A DNA stretch of 64,000 bases from Octopus vulgaris. Lineage: Eukaryota. The stretch spans positions 11,718,001 through 11,782,000 of the forward strand of contig OX597839.1 of assembly GCA_951406725.2 (NCBI GenBank), written 5' to 3'. The stretch's first letter is position 1; every line of letters begins with the position of its first letter. Under the pieces are notes generated by a model. It was not told the origin of the DNA. It saw only the letters and a program-made list of their open reading frames with translations, and ran no database searches. The translations under genes and the position numbers were made by a program. Shown one piece after another: positions 25,642 through 39,788 of the stretch.

Positions 25642-26086
25642 GCGGACAGTCTGTCTGTCTCCCTGTTTATCTCTCAGTATATCTATTTCCCTATCCATCT
25701 TTCTATATCTATACATCCAACTATCCGTATGGCACTCTGTCTATCCATCCATCCATCTGCTTATCTCTGTCTGTCTGTCTCTCTTGCTATGTATCGCCAT
25801 CTCTTTAGCTTTGCTTATCTATGTCTCTTATCCATCCATCCATCTGTCTATCTATCCATCTATCTCTACCTCTCTGGATATGTATCTCTCTTTATCTGTC
25901 GGTACTAAATATTTGTATATCTATCAACCCATCCTACCCATCATTTGTCTCATCTCTCTGTATGCCTCCTTCTTTCAATCCCACAATCGATACACACACA
26001 CTAAATAGATAGATTACACACACACACACACACACGACATTTATATACATTCATAATACCTGTATATATAAAACATACGTTACGTA

Positions 26087-26234
<148 letters not shown>

Positions 26235-27210
26235 GTGTGTGTGGGGATGTGTGTGTCTGTGTGTGTGTGGAGTATATATATATATATATACATGCGTATA
26301 TATGTAATATATATATATGCATATATTATTTATATACACATATATACATATTATACCTACACACACACATATAAATATATATATTTATATACACATATAT
26401 ACTTATTATAACTACATATATACATATTATAACTCCATAATAAATATGAATATATTTATACATGTGTACATTTACATCTGTGTATATCATCATCATTATT
26501 ATTATTATTATTACTATCATTATTATATATACACGTATATTAAATTATATATAAATAATTTTTATTATTACACACACACACACAAACACACACACACAAA
26601 CACACACACACAAACACACACACACAAACACACACACACAAACACACACACACACAAACACACACACACAAACACACACATGTATATACATGCATGTACG
26701 TACGACGATGGAGCATGTTAAAATGTCTGCCTCTGCCTCAGCCCGTCTCTCCGTTTCTGTCATATGCTTTTGTCTTTGGTGCTCTTGCAGTTTCTGCTAA
26801 CACATTCTCCCAGTTTTCCTTCCATCTTTTTCACCGAGAGTAAATATTGTTTTAACACACCCACCCCTTAAACACCCATTCTAGTTCCCCCCACCACCCC
26901 TATGTCTCTCCTGTTCCTCCTCCTCCTCCTATTTCCTTGCACCCAACATCACGCATTCGTGATGTTGTTTGTATTAAATATTTAAAAACGAATCTTGTTT
27001 TTTTATTCAGCTGGCGGCTGTGAATATTTCTCTCCAGCTGAATAATGTACGAATAACGTACGAACATATGTACATGTGTGTGTGTGTGTGTATGTGTGGA
27101 CGCTTCTATGTATGTGTGTGCGTATGTATTAATGCATGCATACATGTATGAATTATGCATGTATGAATGTATGTTTGTATGTATGTGACTATGTATGTTG
27201 TATGTATGTT

Positions 27211-27253
<43 letters not shown>

Positions 27254-27360
27254 ATGCATATATACATACAGATATAGGTACATATGTATACATATACACG
27301 CATATATATATATATATACACCCATATACATGCATCTGTTTACATATGCATACATATATT

Positions 27361-27697
27361 CTTTTCTTCTTTTGCTTGTTTCAGTCATTTCATTGCGGTC
27401 ATGCTGGGGCACCGCCTTTAGTCGAGCAAATCGACCCCAAGATTTATTCTTTGTAATCCCAGTACTTACTCTATCATTCTCGTTTTGCCGAACCGCTAAG
27501 TTATGGAGACGTAAACACACAAATATATGCATATAATATATATACATATATACACGACGAGCTTCTTTCAGTTTCCGCCTACCAAATGCACTTTCGTCGT
27601 CCCGAGAATATAGTAGAAGGCACTTGTCCAAGGTGCCATGCAGTAGGACTGAACCTGGAACCATGTGGTTGGTAAGCAAGCTACTTACCACACAGCG
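27361..27697 (-). mobile_element. SINE family A
   Basis: Family consensus. Confidence 0.85.
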
Positions 27698-27793
27698 ACG
27701 TAGTTATACGCGCATATATATATATATATATATATACACATAAATGTACTTTACACATATATATATAAAACGAACATATATATATATATATAG

Positions 27794-27824
<31 letters not shown>

Positions 27825-27997
27825 CATATATATATACATATATATATACATATATATATATAGTTAGTTAGATAGATAGATAGATAGATACACACATATA
27901 TATATATATGCAAATACAAATACACACTAAATACCTACCTACTGATGCATATACATATATACTTGGGTGTATGCGTAAGCGTATGTGCATGTATGTA

Positions 27998-28057
<60 letters not shown>

Positions 28058-28146
28058 ATCCAAACATGAAATCACAAAGAGAAAACACAACAACGCGAGG
28101 ACGTGGAACAAGTATAGTATTACTGGACGCTCAGGAAAGAAGGAGG

Positions 28147-28181
28147 GTTTAACGTTTCGAGCGGAGCTCTTCATCAGAAAC
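28147..28181 (-). ncRNA. Minimal (dimer-type) hammerhead in a Penelope-LTR-like element (~28055-28292)
   Basis: Minus: GTTT CTGATGA A GAGC TCC GCTC GAAAC GTT AAAC; stem III reduced to palindromic ACGT. Confidence 0.72.
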
Positions 28182-28279
28182 ATAGGAATAGGAAAGATCC
28201 AAAGGGAAGACGGAGGAAAAAAATCGCCAATGGTACACAGGCGGTCACATTTTGAAAAGCTAATTACCACACAGCCACT

Positions 28280-28340
<61 letters not shown>

Positions 28341-28416
28341 AGACGCCATGATAGATTGTTAGCCACTACACACATTTTTCTCTCTCCTTGATTCTCTCTT
28401 TGTTTTTTCTGTGTCC

Positions 28417-28452
28417 CTTTCTGTAGAAGAGCATAGGCTCGAAACGTAAAAG
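28417..28452 (+). ncRNA. Minimal hammerhead variant (CUGUAGA core) in element ~28340-28540
   Basis: CTTT CTGTAGA A GAGC ATAG GCTC GAAAC GTA AAAG; same core in the 54674 copy. Confidence 0.6.
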
Positions 28453-28535
28453 ACTTTGCGTAAAAGAGCGTTATACTAATACATCTATTTGTTTTGTACA
28501 CTACCTGGCTTTGTCTTGTTTTTTTCGTAAACTTT

Positions 28536-28634
<99 letters not shown>

Positions 28635-28716
28635 TGTGTGTGTAAATATATGTAAAAATCTTTTTGTGTTTGTGTAAACATACAGACACACGTATTTATC
28701 CTACGATGACGAGCTC

Positions 28717-28756
<40 letters not shown>

Positions 28757-29639
28757 GTTTCTTTCCCCCCTCTCTCTGCTTACCAGCCACTCAACCTGCC
28801 AGCAAACCAGCCAACCAACCAACCAACGAACCTCAACACACTCCGAAGAAACGCTAACACACATTTATCAATAAATTCAAGAAAAAATTCTATCAGATCT
28901 CACAAATTTCGCTTGGTTTGGTGAAGCAGAAATTAGAAACCTCATTAAATTTGTCAGTTAATTGCTTGCTTCCCCAGCAAAAATATTATTGATTTTTGAT
29001 CGAGAAATAAAGTTGCCGTAATCACCCAATGCGACGCCTATTAAAATAGATCGCCGTCACACGTAGGAGCTAATTTCCAATGTATTCTATTGTATTTTAA
29101 TTGAATTCTGACAACAAAGATAACAAGAAGCTAGAACCACAACACACACACACACACACACACACTCACAGACACACACACATACACTCACACACATAAC
29201 CACACACAATCACACACACACAATCATACACACACAATCACACACACACGCGCACACACACACACACACTCACAGACACACAATCACACACACACACACT
29301 CTCACACACACACACTCATACACACACACATAACCACACACACTCACACACACACTCACTCACACACTCTCACACACACACACACTCATACACACACACA
29401 CACTCATACACACACACATAACCACACACACTCTCACACACATACACACTCATACACACACACACTCACACGCACACACATACACAGCAATATCTATACA
29501 TACAAATAGATGCACACGCATATCTGTTTCTCTATATAAATACATACTTAATATACGTTTGTGTGTGTATGTGTGTGTGTATGTGTGTGTGTATATGTGT
29601 GTGTGTATGTGTGTGTGTATGTGTGTGTGTGTGTGTGTG

Positions 29640-29682
<43 letters not shown>

Positions 29683-30065
29683 ATATGTGTACTTATATGT
29701 ATATATGACGAATAACACAAAGGAATAAATCGAATGATTGTAAACGAAAATTAGTTGAAATTTCAAATAAACAAAAAACAAAAAAGAGAGAAATTTAATT
29801 TTTCGTCTTGTTGTTGTTCTTGATGATTTAAGTAGTCGTCGTCGTTGTTGTTGTTGTTGATTTTTGTTTAGAGGGATGGGAAGGGGTGAAAACCGGTGGT
29901 GGTGAAGAAATTAAACGAACAAAAGAAAAAAAGGCCAATATAAAGGGTACGTACACATACCCACACATACATGCACTCGCATTCACGTATGCAAATACAC
30001 ATACAAACATTCATATCTATTCACACACACACACACAAACATATTATAGATACATATACATATAT

Positions 30066-30475
30066 AGGCATAGGAGTGGCTGTGTGGTAAGTAGCTTGCT
30101 TACCAATCAGATGTTTCCGGGTTCAGTCCCACTGCGTGGCACCTTGGACAAATGTCTTCTACTATAGTCTCGGGCCGACCAAAGGCCGGCCTTGTGAGTG
30201 GATTTGGTAGACGGAAACTGAAAGAAGCCCGTCGTATATATGTGTATATATATATTTGTGTGTGTATGTGTGTGTGTGTGTGTGTGTATATGTTTGTGTG
30301 TCTGTGTTTGTCAAGTCAACATCGTTTGACAACCGATGCTAGTGAGTTTACGTCCCCGTCACCTAGCGGTTCGGCAATAGAGACCGATAGAATAAGTACT
30401 AGGCTTACAAAGAATAAGTCCTGGGGTCGATTTGCTCGACTAAAGGCAGTGCTCCAGTAAAAGAGTGAGTAAAGA
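30066..30475 (+). mobile_element. SINE family A, full length
   Basis: Head to AAAGAG tail. Confidence 0.9.
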
Positions 30476-30517
30476 GTATACATACATGCATACATTAAGA
30501 TATATATATAATAGTAT

Positions 30518-30781
30518 GTCGTAGGATCGCGGTTTCGATTCCCAGACCGGGCGTTGTGAGTGTTTATTGAGCGAAAACACCTAAAGCTCCACGAGGCTCC
30601 GGCAGGGGGTGTCGATCCCTCCTGTACTCTTTCGCCACAACTTTCTCTCACTCTTTCTTCTGTTGGCCTGCTCGCTTAGCCAGCGGGGTGGCGTCATTTG
30701 AAGGCTAAAACAATGCGAACGCATTGTGACCAGCGATGTGTAGCAACATCCGATGGTCTGGTCGGTCACGTGATCACGTGA
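30518..30781 (+). mobile_element. SINE family C, 5'-truncated
   Basis: GGTTTCGATTCCC B box ... GGTCACGTGATCACGTG. Confidence 0.85.
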
Positions 30782-31251
30782 TATATAATATAAGGTAGTT
30801 TGGGTGAAGCATCGTGAAGTATAACTTTAAAGAGAGTAGTTGTGTAAGGCTGGAACAATGCGAGAAGGTACAAAATAAACTGCAAAAGGAAAAGAAAACA
30901 GAACAAAGCTGCAGTTTTACTTTGTATTTCTATATTTCGGGGAGAAGACTCTTCTTCAGTACATTCAGAAAAGCGGTTGTATAGTAAAGCGTACCTATCG
31001 CTACGCTGCCGGTAAAAAATACTTCTTAATCATGCACCTACCATCATAAATTGTTCAAATAATGTTTCAGTAATACAGCCGTTATTACTGAAACTATTTA
31101 CAATGCACCCCGTATGGCACGGCCCGAGGCATGATCACACATTTGTTTGTGTTATGAATATATATACAGTGTGCTCTGGAAAGGTGAGTGCTTACAATTT
31201 ATTGCCATTTAAACAAGAGCAGCAGTAGCAGCGACAACAACAACAACAGCA

Positions 31252-31315
<64 letters not shown>

Positions 31316-32057
31316 CAACAACAACAATAATGTTTTTCCATTGTTTGCTATTTCAATAAGTACTCTTCTTCCTATCATTATTATTATTATTATTATTATT
31401 ATAGAAATGGCAAACATTTCGAAACATCATCATCATTATTATCAATTATTAATTTTATTAATTTTCAATGTCTGAAATCATTCTCATACTCTCCTGTTTT
31501 GCTATAATTATTATTATTATTACTATTATTATTATTATTATTAATATTTATTTTTGCCTAAAGTACCGATATTATTAGTGTTATCATTAATTATTTTTAT
31601 GATTAATTATTTGAAAACTAAAACGTTAATTAACCGGTGGTGTGTACTAGAAAACCTGCCACTGAGCCATCACACATCACTTAGGCAGACAGCGATTGTT
31701 TCGTGTAATGGCGGTGGAGGTAGCAGCCATGTTGGAGGTGGTAGGGGGAAATATATTTGTGCGGTGTGTATGTCTTCCTGAACCAATGCGGAGGTAGGAG
31801 TGGAGTGGATATGGGTAGAAGGCGGAGGAGGAGAAACATCAAAACGATTCGCTTGCAATGTTTAACAATTCGATATTTTGGGAACAGCGTAAAAAAAAAC
31901 TATACATGCGTATATATAATGATATTTATAATCATAATAATTCCTTTATGAGCCACAAGGGGCCAAACAAATTATAGAAAACGCGTTATAAAAAGCTTCC
32001 ACTTAATACCCAGCCCCTCCATATATATGTGTGTGTGTGCGTGCGTGTGTGATAGTA

Positions 32058-32094
<37 letters not shown>

Positions 32095-32317
32095 GGTAAG
32101 AAGCTTGATATATACACAACCACATGGTTCAACATTCCTACTGTGTGGCACCTTGGGCAAGTGTCTTCTACTAAATTCTGAGTGGATTTGATAGACGGAA
32201 ACTGAAAGAAGCCCGTCGTATGTATACCCAGCCCCTCCATATATATATGTGTGTGTGTGTGTGTGCGTGCGTATGTGTGTTTATGTATATGTCCGTATGT
32301 ATACATACATATATATA

Positions 32318-32458
32318 GGCGTGGCTGTGTGGTAAGAAGCTTGCTTCTCAACCACATGGTTCAAGGTTCATTCCTACTGTGTGGCACCTTGGGCAAGTGT
32401 CTTCTACTAAATTCTGAGTGGATTTGATAGACGGAAACTGAAAGAAGCCCGTCGTATG

Positions 32459-32517
<59 letters not shown>

Positions 32518-32730
32518 ATGTTTGTGTGTCTGTGTTTGTTCCCTTGCATTGCTTGACAACCGATGCTGGTGTGTTTATGTCCCCGTTACTTAGCGGTTCG
32601 GCAAAAGAGACCGATAGAATATGTACTGGGCTTACAAAAGAATAAGTCTCGGGGTCGAGTTGCTCGATTAAAGGCGGTGCTCCAGCATGGCTGCAGTCAA
32701 AAGACTGAAACAAGTAAAAGAGTAAAAAGA
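32318..32730 (+). mobile_element. SINE family A (preceded by a partial tandem duplicate at 32095-32220)
   Basis: Both share the diagnostic deletion CTACTAAATTCTGAGTGG. Confidence 0.88.
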
Positions 32731-32774
32731 GTATACGTATGCATGTATATATATATACGCTTTCTCTTTTTCTC

Positions 32775-33171
32775 TCTCTTTTACTTGTTTCAGTTATTTG
32801 ACTGCTGCCATGCTGGAGCACCCCTCCCTTTTCGCCGAGCAAATCGACCCCGGGAATGTTTCTTTTTGGAAGTCCAGTACTTATTCTATCGGTCTCTTTT
32901 GCCGAATCGCTAAGTGACGGGGACATAAACAGACCAGCACCGGTTGTCAAGCGATGTTGGGGGGACAAACACAGACACACAAACATACACACACATATAT
33001 ATACATATACACGACAGGATTCTTTGAGTTTCCGTCTACCGAATCCACTCAGATGGCTTTGGTTGGCCCAGGCTATAGTAAAAGACACTTGCCCAAGTTA
33101 CCACGCAGTGGGACGGAACCCGGAACCATGTGGTTGGCAAGCAAGCTAATTTACCACACAACCACTCCTGC
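32775..33171 (-). mobile_element. SINE family A, inverted tail-to-tail with the previous copy
   Basis: Family consensus on the minus strand. Confidence 0.88.
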
Positions 33172-33172
33172 C

Positions 33173-33640
33173 GGTTTATCAACAGTGCAAAAGTGGACAG
33201 CGGAACTTAGAAGAGGAATGAAGAGTGTTGAAGTTTCACCCGTCATCTGGATATCTTGTAACTGGCACCACCGAGGAAAACAGGGATCATGTTCACCACA
33301 TGGTGATGGACGGGCGACTGACTCTAAAGCATGTTCCGTGAGAAAGTTGAGAGTATTCTGCACAATGAATTTGGCATGACGAAGGTTCCTGCTTGGTGGG
33401 TGCCATGTCTTTTGATATCTAATCAAAAGCACACTAGTTTGATCAAATCACGGGAAAATCTGACATTGCTTGAAGCAGATCCAACTGGTTTCCTTGAACT
33501 GGGTTTCTAACCCAGGAAGAGTGTTGGCTTCCTCACTTTGAGCCAGAGACAAAGAGACAATTTATACATTGGAAACACTCCCCTTCATCTGCTCCAAAGA
33601 TGGCCATGGTCGTTTGATCAACAGAGTAGATGATGGCTTC
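33173..33640 (+). pseudogene. Mariner transposase remnant (HTH to start of the DD34D domain)
   Basis: STVQKWTAELRRG, ILHNEFGMTKVPAWWVPCLL (WVPxxL motif), TQEECWLPHFEPETKRQ, with frameshifts and stops. Confidence 0.85.
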
Positions 33641-33820
33641 AAGACATTGTGTGGTTGTATAATGTCAACATAACGTGACGGTCTCGTAAAGGGAATTACA
33701 CCACCGCTATTTAGCCCTAGGAAGCATTGACGCTTCCTGTCAGCTTTGACACATTTCCTGTGTCCTTATATTTGCAAAGGGGCAGCAAGTACCCCCACCA
33801 GCTAGGACTAGCAACCTGAA

Positions 33821-33856
33821 GACATGCATGTTTCTGGGTCTTGCCCGTCATCAGGC
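33821..33856 (-). ncRNA. Hammerhead core lacking an evident stem I
   Basis: Minus: CTGATGA CGGG CAAGA CCCA GAAAC ATGCAT GTC; palindromic stem III. Confidence 0.45.
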
Positions 33857-33965
33857 AAAACCCAGTGTCAGACAAATGTTGCTTTCACTTTTGAAACTCA
33901 TTTACGTTTTAAAATCGATTAATTACTTTTGATAACAATGTGTATCATACGTATTGTAATTAAAG

Positions 33966-34003
<38 letters not shown>

Positions 34004-34147
34004 CCATGAATTAGGGTATCTGGGAGATAAATTAGGGCGTCTCTCAGATACCCTAATTTATAGTTTGAAATAATTATTACCTTTGTATGGTATTTATTCC
34101 CATGCTGGCCACTTGATAAGATCGATACTATCCTTATCTATAAATTT

Positions 34148-34245
<98 letters not shown>

Positions 34246-34408
34246 TTAATACCATATAGATTTCTGGTGCATCTAAGTTAAGTACCGCATTCATGTGAAT
34301 TCATTGGAACTCACTTGAATCTTAATTGCTTTTACTGAAAATAATATATATATATATATATGTATTTGTTTTGCAAGATTTTTGATGTGAAATAGTGTGT
34401 TGAAACAA

Positions 34409-34678
34409 ATATTGTTGTTTTTAGGAATGGTCATTTTGCCAGTTTAGCCAATAAAAACACGGACTATATATTTGGGGTTACTTTGCTTCAGCGTTATTTA
34501 TTTTTTACATTAATCTTAATCTTATTTCGGATGAGGTCACAGGAGTGTGACGAAAGAACTCTGGCCGAAATAAGATAAAGATTAATGTAAAAAATAAATA
34601 ACGATGAAGCAAAGTAACACCAAATATGTAGTGCGTGTGTTTTTATTGGCTAAACTGGCAAAATGACCATTCCTAAAT

Positions 34679-34688
<10 letters not shown>
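34409..34688. mobile_element. Inverted-repeat pair (~120-bp arms) around a truncated hammerhead; Penelope-LTR-like inversion
   Basis: Arms 34409-34530 and 34565-34688; spacer GATGA G GTCAC AGGAGT GTGAC GAAAG AA CTC TGG; flanked by (TA)n. Confidence 0.72.
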
Positions 34689-34727
<39 letters not shown>

Positions 34728-34962
34728 GTCATGGAATACAAGCGATCGAGATTACAATACTCCCTGCCTTTCCAATAGGCAGGGCGCTGGTCCGATTCAG
34801 GGTCAGCTAGCAGCTGTTGCTGGTTCGTATTTTTACCTAAATATGGATTGAAGCAACGTGTAATTAAATATTTGGTTCAAGAACGCAATGCACCGCCCAG
34901 TTTGAAGATCGAGTGTGAGAAATCAGATCACGCGCTTCTACGTGGACATACACACACACACA

Positions 34963-35013
<51 letters not shown>

Positions 35014-35700
35014 GCACACACTCTCTCATATACACAAGTGTGTTACACGTCAAAAATAATGGAGTTTATCTATGTCGCTGTAGTATTTCATATTGATTAT
35101 GCTTAAAGTCCTGCTCCGTTTTCTTCCTGTGTTTCATTTTGTTTTCTTTCAGTTATTATTATCATTTTTACCTCTACTCTTCTTCAATATTCCCAACAAA
35201 CCACTCACACATCTTTTCTCTTTCTCTCACTCTCGTATACACACAGATACACATATCTTTGTTACACTTTTGCATCACCCCTTCACTTCTTTCTACAACA
35301 TTCTGTCTATCTAACTATCAACCTATCTGTATCGTTCTCTTTCCGCTACTCTCATATACGATATCCCCTTTCTTGTTTTTAAATGTTACCTCATTAATTT
35401 CCCTTATTGTTGATTTTTACGGTTTTTCCTCCCACTTCTCTCTTCCACCCTTTTTATCTGCCTTTTTGTGTGTCTCAAGCTGCTGACTCGCACCCTGTTA
35501 AATTCCTACTTATCTATTTATCTATCGAGCAATACTACCACAGTTTGTAATAATTTTTTTTTTCTCTTTCATCTCTCGCAGTATAGTCACTACTTTCTCT
35601 TTCAACATGACAGAAAAGGAAAAAAGACCGTAAATATTACTAACTATAACATGTATATATATTTATATAAGTGTACATGTGTGTGTGCATATATACATAC

Positions 35701-35752
<52 letters not shown>

Positions 35753-36209
35753 TAGTTATATATACAAATATATATATATGCATATATATGTATACATATA
35801 TGCACACACACATATACGTGTGTATGTGTATAAGAGATACTCAGCAGCTTATATTTCACCCAATACATTCTCACACATGCCAGCCACACACACATCCGCG
35901 TGCACACACACCACACACACACAAACAACCCCCACACCTCCTCGCACACCCACACAGCAAGTCGTCACCGTATTGTATAAGCTGTTTTGTTCTTGCATTG
36001 TATCTCAATTAGGATTAATTAACAGAGAAAATTGATTGTATTTTTGCTCCGTCGTAACGGCGTCAATTGACCATCAATGAATTAGCACTTCATCAAGTTC
36101 TTTGATTGCGGAATTCTTAGTTTCTAATTGCGTTGGAATGATTTGCAGGAGGTTTTAATTGAAGCAAATTGATTCCACTCCAGTTTGCTTCTCACGTAAA
36201 AACAAACAT

Positions 36210-37210
36210 TATCAGAGAGAGGAAAGAGTGAGAGGTAGAGAGAGAGCGGGGGAGTAAGAAAGAGAGAGTGATTGAAAGAGAGATGGTGTGTGTGCGTGCA
36301 AGGGAAACCAAGAATATGAGAGGAAAGACATATCGAGAGAGAGGAAAGAGTAAGAAAGAGAGAGAGAAGGGTGAGAGGTACAGAGAGAGAGGAAAGAGTA
36401 AGAAAGAGAGAAGAGTGAGAGGAAAGAGAGAGAGAGAGAGAGAGAGGAAGAGTGAGAGGTAGAGAGAAGAGTAAGAATGAGAGAGTGATTGAAAGAGAGA
36501 TGGTGTGTGTGTGTGTGTGTGAGAGTGAAACAGTTGCGTGCAAGGGAAAACAAGATTATGAGAGGAAAGACATATCGAGAGAGAGAGAGAAGTAGAGAGA
36601 GAGAAAGAGGAAGAGTGAGAAGTAGAGAGAGAGAGAGCGGAAAGAGTAAGAGAGAGAGGAAGAGTGAGAGGTAGAGAGAGAGGAACGAGTAAGAAAGAGA
36701 GAGGAAGAGTGAGAGGTAGAGAGAGAGAGAAGAAAGAGTAAGATAGAGAGAGAGGAATAGTGAGAGGTAGAGAGACAGAGAGGAAAGAGTAAGAAAGAGA
36801 GAGAGGAAGAGTGAGAGGTAGAGAGAGAGAGAGAGAGCGAGAAAGAGAGGAAAGAGTAAGAAAGAGAGAGTGATTGAAAGAGAGGTGGTGTGTGTGTGTG
36901 TGAGAGAGAGACATTGGGAGTTGGTTGTAAGGGAAAACGAGGATATGAGAGGAAAGAGAGAGGGGAGAAATACAGAGGGATGAAAGGGGAGGGAGAGAGA
37001 AGTAAAATAGTGAAGGAGAGAGAGAAAAGAGAGAGGGAGAGAGAAGGAAAAGAGAGAGTATGTGTGTGTTAGAGACTGAAAGACTTAGTATCTAAGGGGA
37101 AAAAGAGAATATGAGAGAGAGAGAGAGACAGAGAGACAGATAGATGTAGAGAGGTAAAAGAGATCAGGAGAAAGAGGAAAGAGTGGAGAGAGAGAGAGAG
37201 AGTATGTGTG
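36210..37210. repeat. GA-rich higher-order minisatellite
   Basis: Recurring GAGGAAAGAGTAAGAAAGAGAG, GAGTGAGAGGTAGAG and GTGATTGAAAGAGA units. Confidence 0.85.
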
Positions 37211-37705
37211 TGTGAGAAAGGGTGTGCAAGAGAGAAATTGATGAAGAATTGCGTGTAAGGGAAAAACGAGAATATGAGAAGAAATGGAGAGATTAAAAGG
37301 AGAGAAGAATGAAAGAGAGAAAGTAAAATGTTTGTGTGATAAAGAGAAAAACATTGAGCAAGAAAATTCTCACAACGCTGGAGAGCTTGTAGTGGTAGTG
37401 GTGGTGGTGGTGGTAGTGGTGATGGTGGTAGTAGCGGTGATGGTGGTGGTCGTGGTGATGATGGTGGTAGTAGCGGTGATGATGATGATGGTGGTGGTGA
37501 TTGTGATAATGGTAGTAGTAGTAGTGGTGATAATGGTGGCGGTGGTGGCGATTGTGATGATGGTAGTAGTAGCGGTGATGATGATGATAGTGGTGGTGGG
37601 GTTAGTTTTGACTGTGGCAAGCTAAAATGTGTGATATCCAAAATATCAAAGACCATCTCAGCCTCCGTTTAACACTATATATACATACATATACATATAT
37701 GTATG

Positions 37706-37743
<38 letters not shown>

Positions 37744-38787
37744 TACACACACTCATATGTATGTATACGCACACACACACACTCACGTACACCACACGCC
37801 ATTCTAACCAACCGACCAATCAGATGCCCGACAAGCTCAACCCAGCCGACCAACCGGCCAACCAACACAGTTTATAAATATATTAGCAAGTATCAATTAA
37901 ATCTGGTAATTTAATCTAGATTGATCTGCAGTAAAAACATCATCAAGAACGATCGAAAATATCTTTCTCTTCCTCCTACCCCGCGCTTTCCTCTTCCTCC
38001 TCCTCCTGTCTTGCTTCCTGACCAACTCACCACCACCGCTACTGTCGCCACCACCACAACCATGTCTCACCACTTTCACATTAAACACTACTTTAACCTC
38101 TCCTCTTTTCCCCTCTCTAACGATTTTCTTTCTTTCCTTTTCATTGTCATATTCGCCTCCACCCCCTCCAATATTTTTCTTTCTTTTACGTTTTCCTTTT
38201 CTCTTTCACTCCCACTCATTCCTACTCTATTTATCAGTCCCCTCTCTTTGCACTCTTGTTCCATTCTTTCTTCCCCACCCGTCTCCCATACTCTCTACAC
38301 TCTCTCTCTCTCTCTCTCATATACGCCCACTTCTCTCTTTGACGGTCTTCTCCCCCTCCCTCTTTCTCATTACACACTTTCACTATTCTACCCGTATCTT
38401 ACCCAGTAAGATCAGATATAGCGCTGGATTAACCATTAAGCAAAATAAGCATGTGCTTAGGGCATCAAGGGAAGTGATTGTAGGAATCACAGAAATTGTA
38501 AATGGTTTACGTCACAAAAGAAATTCACTTTAAACTTCCTAAAACAATATTCGAAGTAGTTTATATCATCGGAAATATAATTTCAAAGTGTTCATGGTGT
38601 TACAGTGATTTTCTGATCAACGACATTGCAATAAAAAAAAGTAGGAGGAAAATTTTCAAATACTCTTTTACTTGTTTCAGTCATTTGACTGCGGCCATAC
38701 ATATATAGACACACACATAGATACACTCACACACATATATATGTATATATGCTTATATACATTCAAGTACATACATATTTGTACATA

Positions 38788-39182
38788 GGCGCGGGAGTGG
38801 CTGTGTGGTAAGTAGCTTGCTTATCAACATGGTTCCGGGCTCAGTCCCACTGTGTAGCACCTTGGGCAAATGTTTTCTACTATAGCCTCGGCCCGCCCAA
38901 AGCCTTGTGAATGGATTTGGTAGACGGAAACTGAAAGAAGCCCGTCGCATATATGTATATATATGTGCATGTGTGTGTATATGTTTGTGTGTCTTTGTTT
39001 GTCCCCCCAACATCGTTTGACAACCGATGCTGGTGTGTTTACGTCCCCGTAACTTAGCGGTTCAGCAAAAGACATCGAAAAAGTACTAAGCTTACAAAGA
39101 ATAAGTCCTGGGGTCGATTTGCTCGATTAAAGGCGGTTCTCCAGCATGGCCGCAGTCAAATGACTGAAACAAGCAAAAAAGT
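38788..39182 (+). mobile_element. SINE family A, full length
   Basis: Family consensus. Confidence 0.9.
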
Positions 39183-39723
39183 AAAAAAGTATACATACAT
39201 ACATACATGCATACATACATGCATACATACATACATATATACATACAAACGTACATATATTGTAAATATTTTCTACCATCAAAAATACGAGCAAATAAAA
39301 CAACAAATGTTTAAATGTCTTGCTTTTTCTCCTTTCCTTGGCAGCAGCCGACACTTTCAGTCAAATGATTTCAGTTAAGTTCCAAGTCGTGACACAAATG
39401 ATTGTCACAAATTTCCTTCACGCAGCTGTTTCATAAATCATTTAGTTCTCAGCTATGTCACAAGCAAATTACAATTGTCCGTAATTGTAATTTTCTTACA
39501 AATCATGCTCGACATTGCTGTCTCTTCCATCAGTCGCCATTTTCACACACAAGTTACACGAAGTCCAAACGCTATTTATATCGTCTGTCACGACACATTT
39601 CACTGAAATCAATATATTTACACACAAAAACGCCTTGACACTTCAGTTATTGTTACTTTACACTAAATATCATTGCTGTTTGTAGATTAGACACAAGCCA
39701 AAATTATTTGTGTGTGCGTGTGT

Positions 39724-39788
<65 letters not shown>

